DNA from: an uncultured Alphaproteobacteria bacterium
Lineage (GTDB): Bacteria > Pseudomonadota > Alphaproteobacteria > ATCC43930 > CGMCC-115725
Reading direction: 5' to 3'
Assembly (NCBI GenBank): GCA_963773665.1
Contig: CAVZBZ010000004.1
Location: 275,430 to 339,429 of the forward strand
Length of the DNA: 64,000 bases
How positions within the stretch are numbered: position 1 is the stretch's first letter; every line of letters starts with the position of its first letter. The notes under the pieces are model-generated. The model saw only the letters and a program-made list of their open reading frames with translations, did no database searches and was not told where the DNA came from. Of the stretch, positions 8,315 to 17,621 are shown piece after piece. Made by a program: the position numbers and the translations under genes.

Positions 8315-8425
8315 ATGCTTCATCCTCCACCCCACCGGGCGGCGCGACTCATGCCTCAGGCAGTCCCCTCAAGTCAAACCGGAGACTGCTATCTAATGCC
8401 AGAATAATCGGCCAGCGCAGCCCGC

Positions 8426-9307
8426 CTATTCGGCGGCGACCGCCGTGACGCCGCTTTTCCCGCTCTCGAGGCCGCGCAGATCGGGCAGGCCCAGATGCAG
8501 CATCTCGACCGGCTCGCGCGCGACGATGGCCGCGCGCTCGCCGTGCTGGAGATAGATCGTGGTGAGCGCTTGCAGCGTTTCCCCCGCCACGGTTCCGGCG
8601 CCCTTCAGAACGACGTAGATGCCGCGCCCCTCGGCCGCGAAGGTGGCACCCGGATCGAGCCGCAGGAAACGGGCCGAGCTGCGCCGCTCGGTGAAGGTGC
8701 CGACGAATTTCTCGGCGACGCCCGGCGCGCCCTCGACCGGCACCCACTCGAAATGTGCGGGGTCCATCATGAAGGGGCGCGAATAGCGCGCCTGCGGATA
8801 GGTCATCGGCCGCTTGTTGGCGTGTTCCCAGATCGCCTGATAGCCGTCCACGTTGCGCTTGCCGGGAACGTCGTGGTGGCGGCGGAACACGCCGTCCTTG
8901 AACTCGCCCTCCGAGCGGAGCGCGTCCATGCCGGCCTTCACTTCGTTGCGCGAGAGATAGCCGCTGCCGCTGGCGCCGCCCATTTGCAGCACCACGGTCA
9001 TCGGCGTGCCCTCGGGGTCCTGCGACTGCGGCCCGTAGGCCATGCCCTCGGGGAAATATCCGACCATGCCGGTCTTCATCTTGCCGTCGCGCGCGAAATC
9101 CAACTCGCCCGCGAGCTGAAACCGGATCTGCTCGAAATTATGCCGGTGGCGCGGCGAATAGAACGCGCCGCCCATGCGGCCGAGCGAGAGCTGGAAATTG
9201 TCGATGGCGCCCGGCTCGCCTTCCATGAGGCGGCGGAAATGGAACATGCCGCCGCGATGCTCGAGCCCGCGCTCCCATTGCAGCTCTTCGCCCTGCACGA
9301 TCTTCAT
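8426..9307 (-). CDS. cupin-fold protein (bicupin-like)
   Basis: 293 aa with SPRHRHNFEQIRF and a second beta-barrel half. GGAGGAAAG lies upstream of the ATG at 9307. Confidence 0.7.
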   Translation of the reverse strand: MKIVQGEELQWERGLEHRGGMFHFRRLMEGEPGAIDNFQLSLGRMGGAFYSPRHRHNFEQIRFQLAGELDFARDGKMKTGMVGYFPEGMAYGPQSQDPEGTPMTVVLQMGGASGSGYLSRNEVKAGMDALRSEGEFKDGVFRRHHDVPGKRNVDGYQAIWEHANKRPMTYPQARYSRPFMMDPAHFEWVPVEGAPGVAEKFVGTFTERRSSARFLRLDPGATFAAEGRGIYVVLKGAGTVAGETLQALTTIYLQHGERAAIVAREPVEMLHLGLPDLRGLESGKSGVTAVAAE

Positions 9308-9352
9308 CGCTTTCCTCCGCAGACAAGGACTTTGGCGATTATACCCGATTCC

Positions 9353-10516
9353 TCAGCGCCCCCACAGGGTCTTGCTGGCGAGCCGCGCGCCTTCGGCCAT
9401 GGCCTCGAGCTTCGCCCACATGATCGAGGGATGGACGCGGCGGTGGAACGGGCCTTGCGCGAAGCCGCAATCGGTGCCGGCGATGACGTTCTCGCGGCCG
9501 ACGAGGCGGGCGTAGCGCCCGATGCGCTCGGCCACCAGCTCGGGGTGCTCGACGATGTTGGTGGCGTGGCTGATGACGCCGGGGATCAGCACCTTGCCGG
9601 GCGGCAGCTTGACGCTTTCCCACACGCGCCATTCGTGCTCGTGGCGCGGATTGGCGCCCTCGATCACATAGGCGCCGGCGCGCACCTGGAGAACGAGATC
9701 GACGATGTCCTTCAGCGGCACGTCGGTCGTGTGCGGGCCGGGCCAGCTCCCCCAGCACACGTGATAGCGCACGCGGTCCTCGGGAATGCCCTCGAGCGCG
9801 CGGTTCAGGGCATCGACGTGCCGGCGCACCCAGGCGCGGTACTGATCGAACGTGCCGGGCGGCACCATGCGGTCGAAGGTGACCGCCGCGCGGGCGTCGT
9901 CGATCTGCACCAAAAGCCCGGCATCGACGATGGTCTTGTATTCGGTGCGCATCGCCGCGGCGATCGCATCGACCAGCTCGTCATCGTTTTTATAGTACTC
10001 GTTCTTGCGGTCGGGGATGACGCTCGACGGCGCCGCCACCGGCAGGAACCCCTCCTCGACGTGCGAGCCCGCGAGCGCCGCCTTGAAATTGTCGATGTCG
10101 CGCTGCAGCGCCGCCTGGCCGGTATAGGCGACCGGCCCAACGCATACGCTGTCGAAGATGGTGGTGCGCGGGTCCTGGGCGTCGAGCTCGGCATAGAATT
10201 CGGAGAAGCGCTCGCGGTCGGCGCCGCGCGCGTAGGGATCGGACTTGGCCGGGCGGCGCTCGAAGCCGGACAGGCGCTCGAGCACGTATTGCGACCAGCT
10301 GAAGGATTTTCCGAACTCGCCGTCGCTGACCACGTCGATCCCGGCCTCCGCCTGCCGGCGCACCACCGCGGCGACGCCGTCCTTGAGGCAGCGCCGATAG
10401 GCCGCGTCGTCATAGCTTCGCCCGCCCTGCTTCGCGCGCAGGAATTCGAGCAGCTCGGGCGGCCGGATGAGGCTTCCGGCGTGCGTGGTGAGGATGCGCC
10501 TGTCGCTCTTCTTCAT
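9353..10516 (-). CDS. cobalamin-independent methionine synthase II (MetE C-terminal-like) family protein
   Basis: MKKSDRRILTTHAGSLIRPPEL...VSDGEFGK...YHVCWG...AGTDCGF. This is the last 387 aa of the over-long track ORF 9353..11131. Confidence 0.8.
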   Translation of the reverse strand: MKKSDRRILTTHAGSLIRPPELLEFLRAKQGGRSYDDAAYRRCLKDGVAAVVRRQAEAGIDVVSDGEFGKSFSWSQYVLERLSGFERRPAKSDPYARGADRERFSEFYAELDAQDPRTTIFDSVCVGPVAYTGQAALQRDIDNFKAALAGSHVEEGFLPVAAPSSVIPDRKNEYYKNDDELVDAIAAAMRTEYKTIVDAGLLVQIDDARAAVTFDRMVPPGTFDQYRAWVRRHVDALNRALEGIPEDRVRYHVCWGSWPGPHTTDVPLKDIVDLVLQVRAGAYVIEGANPRHEHEWRVWESVKLPPGKVLIPGVISHATNIVEHPELVAERIGRYARLVGRENVIAGTDCGFAQGPFHRRVHPSIMWAKLEAMAEGARLASKTLWGR

Positions 10517-11226
10517 GATCTTTCCTCCTGCAATCCCACGAGCACGGCGAGGCTCTCGCGGTCGGCGGCGAGTGCCGTGCTTTCGCCGCGCCAGACGACC
10601 TGGCCCTTGTCGAGCACGAGGGTGCGCTCGGTGAGCTCGAGGGCGATGTCCACCTGCTGCTCGACGAGCAGCGTCGCGATCCGGCTTTCGCGCCGCATCC
10701 GCACGAGCGCCGCCGCGAGCGTGTCGATGATGACCGGCGCCAGGCCCTCGAACGGTTCGTCGAGCATCAACAGCTTGGGATTGCCGGCGAGCGCGCGGCC
10801 CACCGCCAGCATCTGCTGCTCGCCGCCCGAAAGCTGGTTGCCGTAGTTGCGGCGCCGCTCGGCGAGCCGCGGAAAGAGATCGTACACGCGCTCGCGCGTC
10901 CATTCGCCCGGCCTGAGCGCCACGCGCAAATTCTCGTCCACCGTGAGCGAGGGAAAGATCTCGCGCTCCTGCGGCACGAGGCCGAGGCCGCGCTGCGCGC
11001 GCCGGTGCGGCGCCGCCGAAGTCACATCCGCGCCATCGAAGACGATGCGGCCGCCGCGCAATTCGGTGAGCCCCATGATCGTCAAAAGCAGCGTTGTCTT
11101 GCCGACGCCGTTCCGTCCGAGGAGCGCCCACGAATCTTCTGAGCCGATGCCGAGCGAGATTTCTTCCAGCACGATCGTGTCGCGATATCCGGCCGTGACG
11201 CCGTCAAGGTTCAGCATGTCAGCCAT
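10513..11226 (-). CDS. ABC transporter ATP-binding protein, LivF-like
   Basis: Walker A GRNGVGKTT, signature LSGGEQQ, Walker B LLMLDEP. An alternative start exists at 11217. Confidence 0.9.
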   Translation of the reverse strand: MADMLNLDGVTAGYRDTIVLEEISLGIGSEDSWALLGRNGVGKTTLLLTIMGLTELRGGRIVFDGADVTSAAPHRRAQRGLGLVPQEREIFPSLTVDENLRVALRPGEWTRERVYDLFPRLAERRRNYGNQLSGGEQQMLAVGRALAGNPKLLMLDEPFEGLAPVIIDTLAAALVRMRRESRIATLLVEQQVDIALELTERTLVLDKGQVVWRGESTALAADRESLAVLVGLQEERS

Positions 11227-11974
11227 GCGAGCGCTTTCCGAGATAGACGTCGCGCACGCGCGCGTCGGCGCGAATCTCGGCGGGCGCGCCCTCGACCAGC
11301 ACCTCGCCCTCGACCATGACCGTTATGCGCTCGGCGAGGCGGAAGACGAGGCTCATGTCGTGCTCTATCACCAGCACTGTGAGCGAGGAGGGCAGCCGCA
11401 GCAGAAGATCGAGCACGGCGTGCCGGTCGGACGAGGCGAGGCCCGCCGCCGGCTCGTCGAGGAGCAGCGTCTTCGGCTCGAGCGCCAGCACGAGCGCGAT
11501 CTCGACGAGACGGCGCTGGCCGTAGGGAAGATCGGCGATCGTGCGCGCAGCGATGGCGAGGAGGCCAAGGCTGTCGAGACACCGCGCCGTGCCGTCGACG
11601 ATCTCCGCGCGCGAGCGGAGCCGGCCCACGATCATCTGGTCTTCGCCGAGCCGCGCCTCCAGCGCGAGCGCCACGTTCTCGGCGACAGTGAGCTGCGGGA
11701 AGAGCGAACTGATCTGGAACGTGCGCGCGAGGCCCAAGGCCACGCGCCGCTCGGGCGCCAGCGCGGTCACATCGACGCCGTCGACCCGGATCGCGCCGCC
11801 CGACGGGCTCAGGAGCCCGGTGATGAGGTTGACGAGCGTGGTCTTGCCGGCGCCGTTCGGACCGATGAGCGCGTGCCGCGCCCCAGGTTCCAGCGCCAGC
11901 GACACTTCGCGCGCGACGCGGAGCGCGCCAAAGCTTTTCGAGACATGGTCGACCTCGAGCGCGGGCGTGCTCAC
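11219..11974 (-). CDS. ABC transporter ATP-binding protein, LivG-like
   Basis: GTG start (VSTPALEVDHVSKSFG) overlaps the permease stop as GTGA. Walker A GPNGAGKTT and LLLDEPAAG. Confidence 0.9.
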   Translation of the reverse strand: MSTPALEVDHVSKSFGALRVAREVSLALEPGARHALIGPNGAGKTTLVNLITGLLSPSGGAIRVDGVDVTALAPERRVALGLARTFQISSLFPQLTVAENVALALEARLGEDQMIVGRLRSRAEIVDGTARCLDSLGLLAIAARTIADLPYGQRRLVEIALVLALEPKTLLLDEPAAGLASSDRHAVLDLLLRLPSSLTVLVIEHDMSLVFRLAERITVMVEGEVLVEGAPAEIRADARVRDVYLGKRSHG

Positions 11975-12981
11975 GCGCGGCCTCTGCCCCAGCCCGCGCG
12001 CGCGGCCCCGCGCTCGATGAGGCCGACGAGCCCCTGCGGCGCAAACCGCACCGCGAGGATGAGGACGATGCCGACCGCAAACAGCCAGTTGAACGGATCG
12101 ATCGCGGCGGCGCGGTCGGACAGCACCACAAACAGCGTGGCGCCGAGGAATGCGCCATAGAGGCTCCCGATCCCGCCCAGGATCAGCATGACGAGCACGT
12201 TGCCCGACTGCATGAAGGCGAGGCTGTCGAGTCCGACGAGTCTCGTCACCTGCGCCGATAGGCTGCCCGCGACCGCCGCGAACGCGCCCGAGATGACGTA
12301 GAGCACGACGAGACGGCGGATAACGGGCACGCCGAGCATGCGCATGCGCACCGGATTCTCGCGGATGCCGCGGATGGTAAGGCCGAACGGCGAATTGACG
12401 ATCGCTTTCGACAGCAAGAACACGACCGCCATGGCGGAAGCCGCGTACCAATAGCCGGTGCGGCCGGCGAGATCAAAGGAGAAGAGGCCGAAAATCGGTG
12501 CGATCTCGTAGCCGAAAAGCCCGTCGGCGCCGCCCGTGACCGGCTTGAACCATTCCGCGTTCGCAACCGCCTGGAGCAGCGTCGCGACCGCGAGCGTCAG
12601 CATGACGAGCGTGAGGCCGCGGGTCCGCAGTACGAGCGGCCCGGCGAGGAGCGCCCCCACGCCGCCCGCGATCCCGGCCACGACGAGCCCCGAAATCGGC
12701 TCGGACGTGACCTCGAGCGCCCAGAGTCCGGCGGCATAGGCGCCGATGCCGAAGAACGCGGCGTGGCCGAGGCTCGCGACGCCGCCATATCCGAGCGCCA
12801 AATCGAGCGCCAACGCGAAGATGATGGCGATCATCACTTGCGTGCCGAGCTGCAGGTAGGTCGGAAAAATCAAATAGGCGAGAAGCACCGCGAGCCACGG
12901 CAGCGCGTCGAGCCACGACAGTTTATGACGCGAAAACGCGTCCCGCACCGTCGCCCCGCGCATGGACGCAGCCTCTTCCAT
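11971..12981 (-). CDS. branched-chain amino acid-type ABC permease, LivM-like
   Basis: Only the C-terminal 336 aa of track ORF 11971..15360 are real (MEEAASMRGATV...LDLALGYGGVASLGHAAFFGIGAY). The start overlaps the LivH-like stop by 1 nt. Confidence 0.85.
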   Translation of the reverse strand: MEEAASMRGATVRDAFSRHKLSWLDALPWLAVLLAYLIFPTYLQLGTQVMIAIIFALALDLALGYGGVASLGHAAFFGIGAYAAGLWALEVTSEPISGLVVAGIAGGVGALLAGPLVLRTRGLTLVMLTLAVATLLQAVANAEWFKPVTGGADGLFGYEIAPIFGLFSFDLAGRTGYWYAASAMAVVFLLSKAIVNSPFGLTIRGIRENPVRMRMLGVPVIRRLVVLYVISGAFAAVAGSLSAQVTRLVGLDSLAFMQSGNVLVMLILGGIGSLYGAFLGATLFVVLSDRAAAIDPFNWLFAVGIVLILAVRFAPQGLVGLIERGAARAGWGRGRA

Positions 12982-13856
12982 CAGGCTGCGCCCCGCGCGA
13001 ACACCCCGTGCGGCCGCCACAGCAGCAGCGCGACCACCACGAGATAGATCGTGAACGCGCCCAGGGCCGGCACGTAATAACGCCCGAACGTATCGACGAT
13101 GCCGAGAAGAAGGGCGGCATAGAACGAGCCCTTGAGGCTGCCGTGCCCGCCCACCGCCACGATCATCAACACCGGCACCAGATACTCGAGCGCGTACCAG
13201 GGCTCGAGCGGAAGGAAAGGGCTGCCGAGGAAGCCGGCCACGGCGGCGAGCCCGCAGCCGACCGAGAAGGTGCCGGCGAACATGCGCGGCACGTCGATAC
13301 CGACGCAGCGCGCCATGCGCGGATTGTCCACGGCCGCCCTGAGCCGCGCGCCGTAATTCGTGTATTCGAGGATCGCCCACAGCACGACGGCGATCACCGT
13401 GCTCACCGCGATGATGAAGACGCGGTAACCGGAAATGGCGATCGCGCCCAAATGCATGTCCTCGGTCAAGCTGAGCGGCAGCGGCAGCGCGTGAAGGGCG
13501 GAGCCGTATGCCAGGTTCGCCGATGCCACCATCACGAAGGTGAGGCCGATCGTCATCAGGATCTGGCCGAGCTCGCCCGTGGCATAGACCCAGCGATAGA
13601 CGGTGCGCTCGAGCGCAGCACCCAGCGCCATGGTCGCCGCCGCCGCAAGACAGAGCGACGACAGCACGTCGAACCCCGCCCGCGCCACGAGCGCGAAGCC
13701 GATATAGCCCCCGATCATGGCAAAGCCGCAATGCGCGAGGTTGGCGATCCGCATCACGCCCAGCGTGATGGTGAGGCCGACCGACATGAGAAACAGGATC
13801 ATCGCATAGGCGATGCCGTCGACGAGAAGCGCAAGCGCCGTCGCCAGGAGCTTCAT
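12981..13856 (-). CDS. branched-chain amino acid-type ABC permease, LivH-like
   Basis: MKLLATALALLVDGIAYAMILFLMSVGLTITLGVMRIANLAHCGF.... Internal ATG of ORF 12981..14072. Confidence 0.85.
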   Translation of the reverse strand: MKLLATALALLVDGIAYAMILFLMSVGLTITLGVMRIANLAHCGFAMIGGYIGFALVARAGFDVLSSLCLAAAATMALGAALERTVYRWVYATGELGQILMTIGLTFVMVASANLAYGSALHALPLPLSLTEDMHLGAIAISGYRVFIIAVSTVIAVVLWAILEYTNYGARLRAAVDNPRMARCVGIDVPRMFAGTFSVGCGLAAVAGFLGSPFLPLEPWYALEYLVPVLMIVAVGGHGSLKGSFYAALLLGIVDTFGRYYVPALGAFTIYLVVVALLLWRPHGVFARGAA

Positions 13857-14103
13857 CAACACCGGGCCGCTCTCCCTCGCGAGATGAAAGACAGGAATAA
13901 ACGCGGCGCTTGCCGCGAACAAGGACCATCGCGCCGGCTTGGCGTCGGCCCCGGCACGAGCATGGGACGCGGCCCATAAAGTGGGCGGGTGGGACGAAAC
14001 GCGCCCACGCGCGCGAAGTTTCGCCCCTCGCGCGCGCGGATTTCGTTGCGGCTTTGAGGCCGGGCGCTCCATAATGGCGGAAAATCATGCGGGAGGAAAA
14101 CAT

Positions 14104-15297
14104 ATGAAGCGGACTCTCTTCGCACTTGTCGCGGCGTCGATCCTGGCAGCGGGCACTGCATCCTGGGCCGACGAACCGATCAAGGTCGGCATCCTCATCA
14201 CGACCACCGGTCCCTATGCGCCCTGGGGCACGGACTACAAGCAGGGCGTCGACCTCTACATGGCGCAGCACAACGGCAAGGACGGCAATCCCAAGATCGA
14301 GGTGGTCTATAGCGGCGACGTGGGCGGCGATAACCCGCCGCGCGCGCATCAGCTCGCACAGGAGTTGGTGGTGCGCGACCACGTGGCGGTGCTGGGCGGG
14401 CTCGAATTCACCACCACCACGCTCGCGATGGCCGACATCATCAATCAGGCAAAAATTCCGTTCGTGATCTTCAACTCGGCGACCTCGTTCGTCACCGACA
14501 AGTCGCCCTATTACGTGCGCCCCGCATTCAATCTCTGGCCATCGGCCACGATCGCCGCCAAATATGCGACCGACAATAAGAAGATGCACGGCACCATCGT
14601 GTCGGCGGACTATGCCCCGGGCAAGGACGCGATCGACGCCTTCACCTATGGCATGAATCAGGATGGCGGCGACGTCCTCGACGTCATCAAGGTGCCGATG
14701 GGCACCACCGACTTCTCCAGCTACTTCCAGCGCATTTCCGACCACAAGCCGCAAGTGCTCTACGTCTTCATGCCGGGCGGGCCGATGTCGGTGGGCATGG
14801 CCAATGGCTACGTCGAGCGCGGCTGGGCCAAGGAAGGGATGATTTTTATCGGCGGCGGCGTCAACGAACGCGACCTGCCGGCGATGGGCAACGCCGCGGT
14901 CGGCCTCATCTCGGTGCTGGCCTACGCGCCGTTCCTCGACAATCCGGTGAACAAGGAATTCCGTGCCGCGTTCGCCAAAAAGTACGGCAACAAGCTGCCG
15001 GACGACCTCCCGACCTTCGCGACGGTCGATGCCTATGACGGCATGGACGTCATCTTCCACATGCTGAAGGCCACCGGCGGCAAGGGCAACGGCGACGCGA
15101 TGATCGCCGCTGCCAAGGGGTATTCCTGGCAGAGCCCGCGCGGGCCCCTCATGATCGATCCCAAGACGCGGGAGGCAGTCCAGAACTTCTATGTGACGAA
15201 GGTCGAGCGCGAAGACGGCATCATGGTCAACAAACCGATCGCCACCTACGAGCACGTGAAGGACCCCTGGCACGAGATGCATCCGCCGACGCAGTAG
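14104..15297 (+). CDS. ABC transporter substrate-binding protein (Leu/Ile/Val-binding family)
   Basis: Signal peptide MKRTLFALVAASILAAGTASWA followed by the periplasmic-binding fold pattern (IKVGILITTTGPYA...). Confidence 0.9.
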   Translation: MKRTLFALVAASILAAGTASWADEPIKVGILITTTGPYAPWGTDYKQGVDLYMAQHNGKDGNPKIEVVYSGDVGGDNPPRAHQLAQELVVRDHVAVLGGLEFTTTTLAMADIINQAKIPFVIFNSATSFVTDKSPYYVRPAFNLWPSATIAAKYATDNKKMHGTIVSADYAPGKDAIDAFTYGMNQDGGDVLDVIKVPMGTTDFSSYFQRISDHKPQVLYVFMPGGPMSVGMANGYVERGWAKEGMIFIGGGVNERDLPAMGNAAVGLISVLAYAPFLDNPVNKEFRAAFAKKYGNKLPDDLPTFATVDAYDGMDVIFHMLKATGGKGNGDAMIAAAKGYSWQSPRGPLMIDPKTREAVQNFYVTKVEREDGIMVNKPIATYEHVKDPWHEMHPPTQ

Positions 15298-15392
15298 GAC
15301 GGTGCCGCGGGCGGCGTGGGGGCGTTCGTGCTCATCCTTGCCGCCCGCGCCCGAGCCCATCCGCCGAACTGAACGAACCAGCGAGACCAGCC

Positions 15393-16511
15393 TTGCCGCA
15401 ACGTACCGAGCCGCCGTTCCGCGCCGATCATGTCGGCTCCCTGTTGCGCCCGGAGAAGCTGCGCCGGGCGCGCGAGGCGCGCGACCGCAACGAGCTCTCC
15501 TCGGCCGAGCTTGCCCGCATCGAGGACGAGGCGATCCGCGAGGCGGTGCGGCTGCAGGAGGACGTGGGGCTCAAATCGATCACCGACGGCGAGTACCGGC
15601 GGACCTCGTGGAACCGCGATTTCCTCGAAGGGTTCTCGGGCGTGCGCACGGTCGAGGGCCAGATCGCGACGCGCTTCCATTCCGAGGAAGGCGAGTTCGA
15701 GACCAAGCCCACAGGATTCCGCATCGAGGGCAAGCTCGCGCACCCCAAGGGCATCTTCGTCGATGCCTTCAAGTTCCTGAAGGGGGTGGCGCACGGCGTG
15801 CCGAAGGTGACGATCCCGTCGCCGACGCTGCTGCACTTCCGCGGCGGGCGCAAGGCGGTGGACCAGAACGCCTATCCCGACATGGACGGGTTCTTCGCCG
15901 ATCTCGCGCGGGTCTATCAGGAGGAGATCGCCGAGCTTGCCGCCGCCGGGTGCCGCTATCTCCAGATCGACGACACCAATTACGCCTATCTGTGCGACCC
16001 GACCTTGCGCGCGCAGGTGAAGAGCAATATCGGCGAGGACCCGGCCAAGCTGCCGCAGGTTTACGCGAACCTCATCAACGCGGCGATCGCCAAGCGGCCG
16101 AAGGACATGGCGGTCGGCATCCATGTCTGCCGCGGCAACAACCAGAGCGCCTGGGTTGCCGAGGGCGGCTACGAGCCGGTCGCCGAATCGCTCTTCAACG
16201 AGGTCGGCGTCGAGGCCTATTTCCTCGAATATGACAGCCCGCGCGCCGGCGATTTCCGGCCGCTGCGCTTCCTGCCGAAGGGCAAGATCGCGGTGCTCGG
16301 CCTCGTCACGACGAAGCGGCCGGAGCTCGAAACCAAGGACGAGCTGAAGCGCCGCATCGAGGAAGCGGCGCGCTATGCGCCCCTGGACCAGCTTGCGCTG
16401 TCGCCGCAATGCGGCTTCTCGAGCACGATGCAGGGCAACAAGGTCACGGTCGACGACGAGGTCAAGAAGCTCCGCCTCGTCGTCGAGGTCGCGCGCGAGG
16501 TCTGGGGCTAG
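15393..16511 (+). CDS. MetE C-terminal-like (cobalamin-independent methionine synthase family) protein
   Basis: PFRADHVGSLLRPEKL...ITDGEYRR...HVCRGN...LSPQCGF. TTG start with a weak RBS, so the start is uncertain. Confidence 0.75.
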   Translation: MPQRTEPPFRADHVGSLLRPEKLRRAREARDRNELSSAELARIEDEAIREAVRLQEDVGLKSITDGEYRRTSWNRDFLEGFSGVRTVEGQIATRFHSEEGEFETKPTGFRIEGKLAHPKGIFVDAFKFLKGVAHGVPKVTIPSPTLLHFRGGRKAVDQNAYPDMDGFFADLARVYQEEIAELAAAGCRYLQIDDTNYAYLCDPTLRAQVKSNIGEDPAKLPQVYANLINAAIAKRPKDMAVGIHVCRGNNQSAWVAEGGYEPVAESLFNEVGVEAYFLEYDSPRAGDFRPLRFLPKGKIAVLGLVTTKRPELETKDELKRRIEEAARYAPLDQLALSPQCGFSSTMQGNKVTVDDEVKKLRLVVEVAREVWG

Positions 16512-16521
16512 GCTCCGCCCG

Positions 16522-17505
16522 TCAGGCCGCCTCGGTCCGGTAGAAGCGCGCGAACCGCATCAGCGGCTCGTCCGACAGCTCGAAAAGCTGCGCATCGCTG
16601 GTGGCGCGGTGCTCGAACCAGGACCAGCACGGCGCGATGAAGGCGTCGCCCTCATGCCATTCGAAGCGCTCGCCGCCGACGATGCTTTCGCCGCTCCCTG
16701 CCATGCAGCAGAAGATGCGGTTCGTGGTCGAGCGCTGGCGCCGCGTCTTCATGCCGGAGGGAAGGCGCTGCACCAGCAGCAGCATGGTCGGCATGGTCGG
16801 CGCCTCGAGCGCGATGCGCGGCCCGTGGAAGCCCTCGTTGTCGGCCGTCGCCTTGTCGAGGCGGCGCGCGATGTCGGCCTTGGTGAAGCGATAGGGCGAG
16901 GTCGTCACCGCCTTCGCGTTCAGCGCGTAGCGCTCGGGATTCTCCTCGTAGAACATGCTCTCGACGCTATTGACGAGCGGCACGTCGAGCCCGTCGAGCC
17001 AATAGGCCGGCTCGTCGCCGTCATGTCCGTGCTCGTGCCACGACCAGCCGGGCGTCAGCACGATGTCGCCGGTTTCCATCGGCGTCTTCTCGCCATCGAC
17101 GGTCGAATAGGAGCCTTTGCCGTCGATGATGACGCGCAGCGCATGCGCGGTGTGGCGGTGCGAGGGTGCCTTTTCGCCCGGCAGGATCATCTGGTACGCG
17201 CTGACGAGCGTCTTCGTGGTGGCGTATCCCGGCCCTTTCGTCGCCGGGTTGCGCAGCACGAGATTGCGCCGCTCGGCCAGCGACACGTCGATGAGCCGGC
17301 CCGCGGCGTCGAGCGCCGCCTTGCATTCGTCATAGCGCCAATGGGCCGGCACGAAGGCCGATTGCGGCGCGTCGGTCAGGATCGGCTCCTGGCGCCTGAT
17401 CCAGCCGGGCGTCATGTTGAGGCCGGTCGTCTCCTCGTAGAGCGCCTCGAGCGTGGGCACGCCGCGAATGCGCTCGATCCGCTCAGCCGCCGCACCGTCT
17501 GCCAT
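16522..17505 (-). CDS. gentisate 1,2-dioxygenase-like bicupin dioxygenase
   Basis: PGEKAPSHRHTAHALRVIIDGKG plus a second cupin half. In-frame ATG at 17505 with AGGAGG 7 nt upstream. Confidence 0.75.
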   Translation of the reverse strand: MADGAAAERIERIRGVPTLEALYEETTGLNMTPGWIRRQEPILTDAPQSAFVPAHWRYDECKAALDAAGRLIDVSLAERRNLVLRNPATKGPGYATTKTLVSAYQMILPGEKAPSHRHTAHALRVIIDGKGSYSTVDGEKTPMETGDIVLTPGWSWHEHGHDGDEPAYWLDGLDVPLVNSVESMFYEENPERYALNAKAVTTSPYRFTKADIARRLDKATADNEGFHGPRIALEAPTMPTMLLLVQRLPSGMKTRRQRSTTNRIFCCMAGSGESIVGGERFEWHEGDAFIAPCWSWFEHRATSDAQLFELSDEPLMRFARFYRTEAA

Positions 17506-17621
17506 GGCATGACCTCCTGTAAGGATTTGCGCCATTGTGCCCCAGATGCGGCGCGCGCGGAACCCTTGACCGCGGCTTCGTTCCGGGTCCAACAATCCTA
17601 TCGACAGCGAGGGAGCGGACA

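Noticed and set aside
4606-8425. Search for att-like direct repeats, an integrase or a tRNA at the island borders
   Set aside because: Only trivial similarity (taatgcc) was found between the two borders. There is no integrase or tRNA gene in the window, so I make no claim about an integration mechanism.
8495-10846. 783-aa plus-strand ORF
   Set aside because: It is antisense to the cupin, MetE-like and LivF-like genes, all of which have clear family signatures. Composition is junk (Arg/Ala/His runs).
11971-15360. 1129-aa minus-strand ORF
   Set aside because: Only the last 336 codons (the LivM-like permease) are real. The upstream part runs antisense through the LivH-like and binding-protein genes.
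15298-15392. Possible riboswitch (cobalamin or SAM-II) upstream of the MetE-like gene
   Set aside because: I saw only a 9-bp GC stem (15307-15315 with 15340-15348), which is more likely a terminator for the binding-protein gene. No conserved riboswitch core motifs were recognisable.
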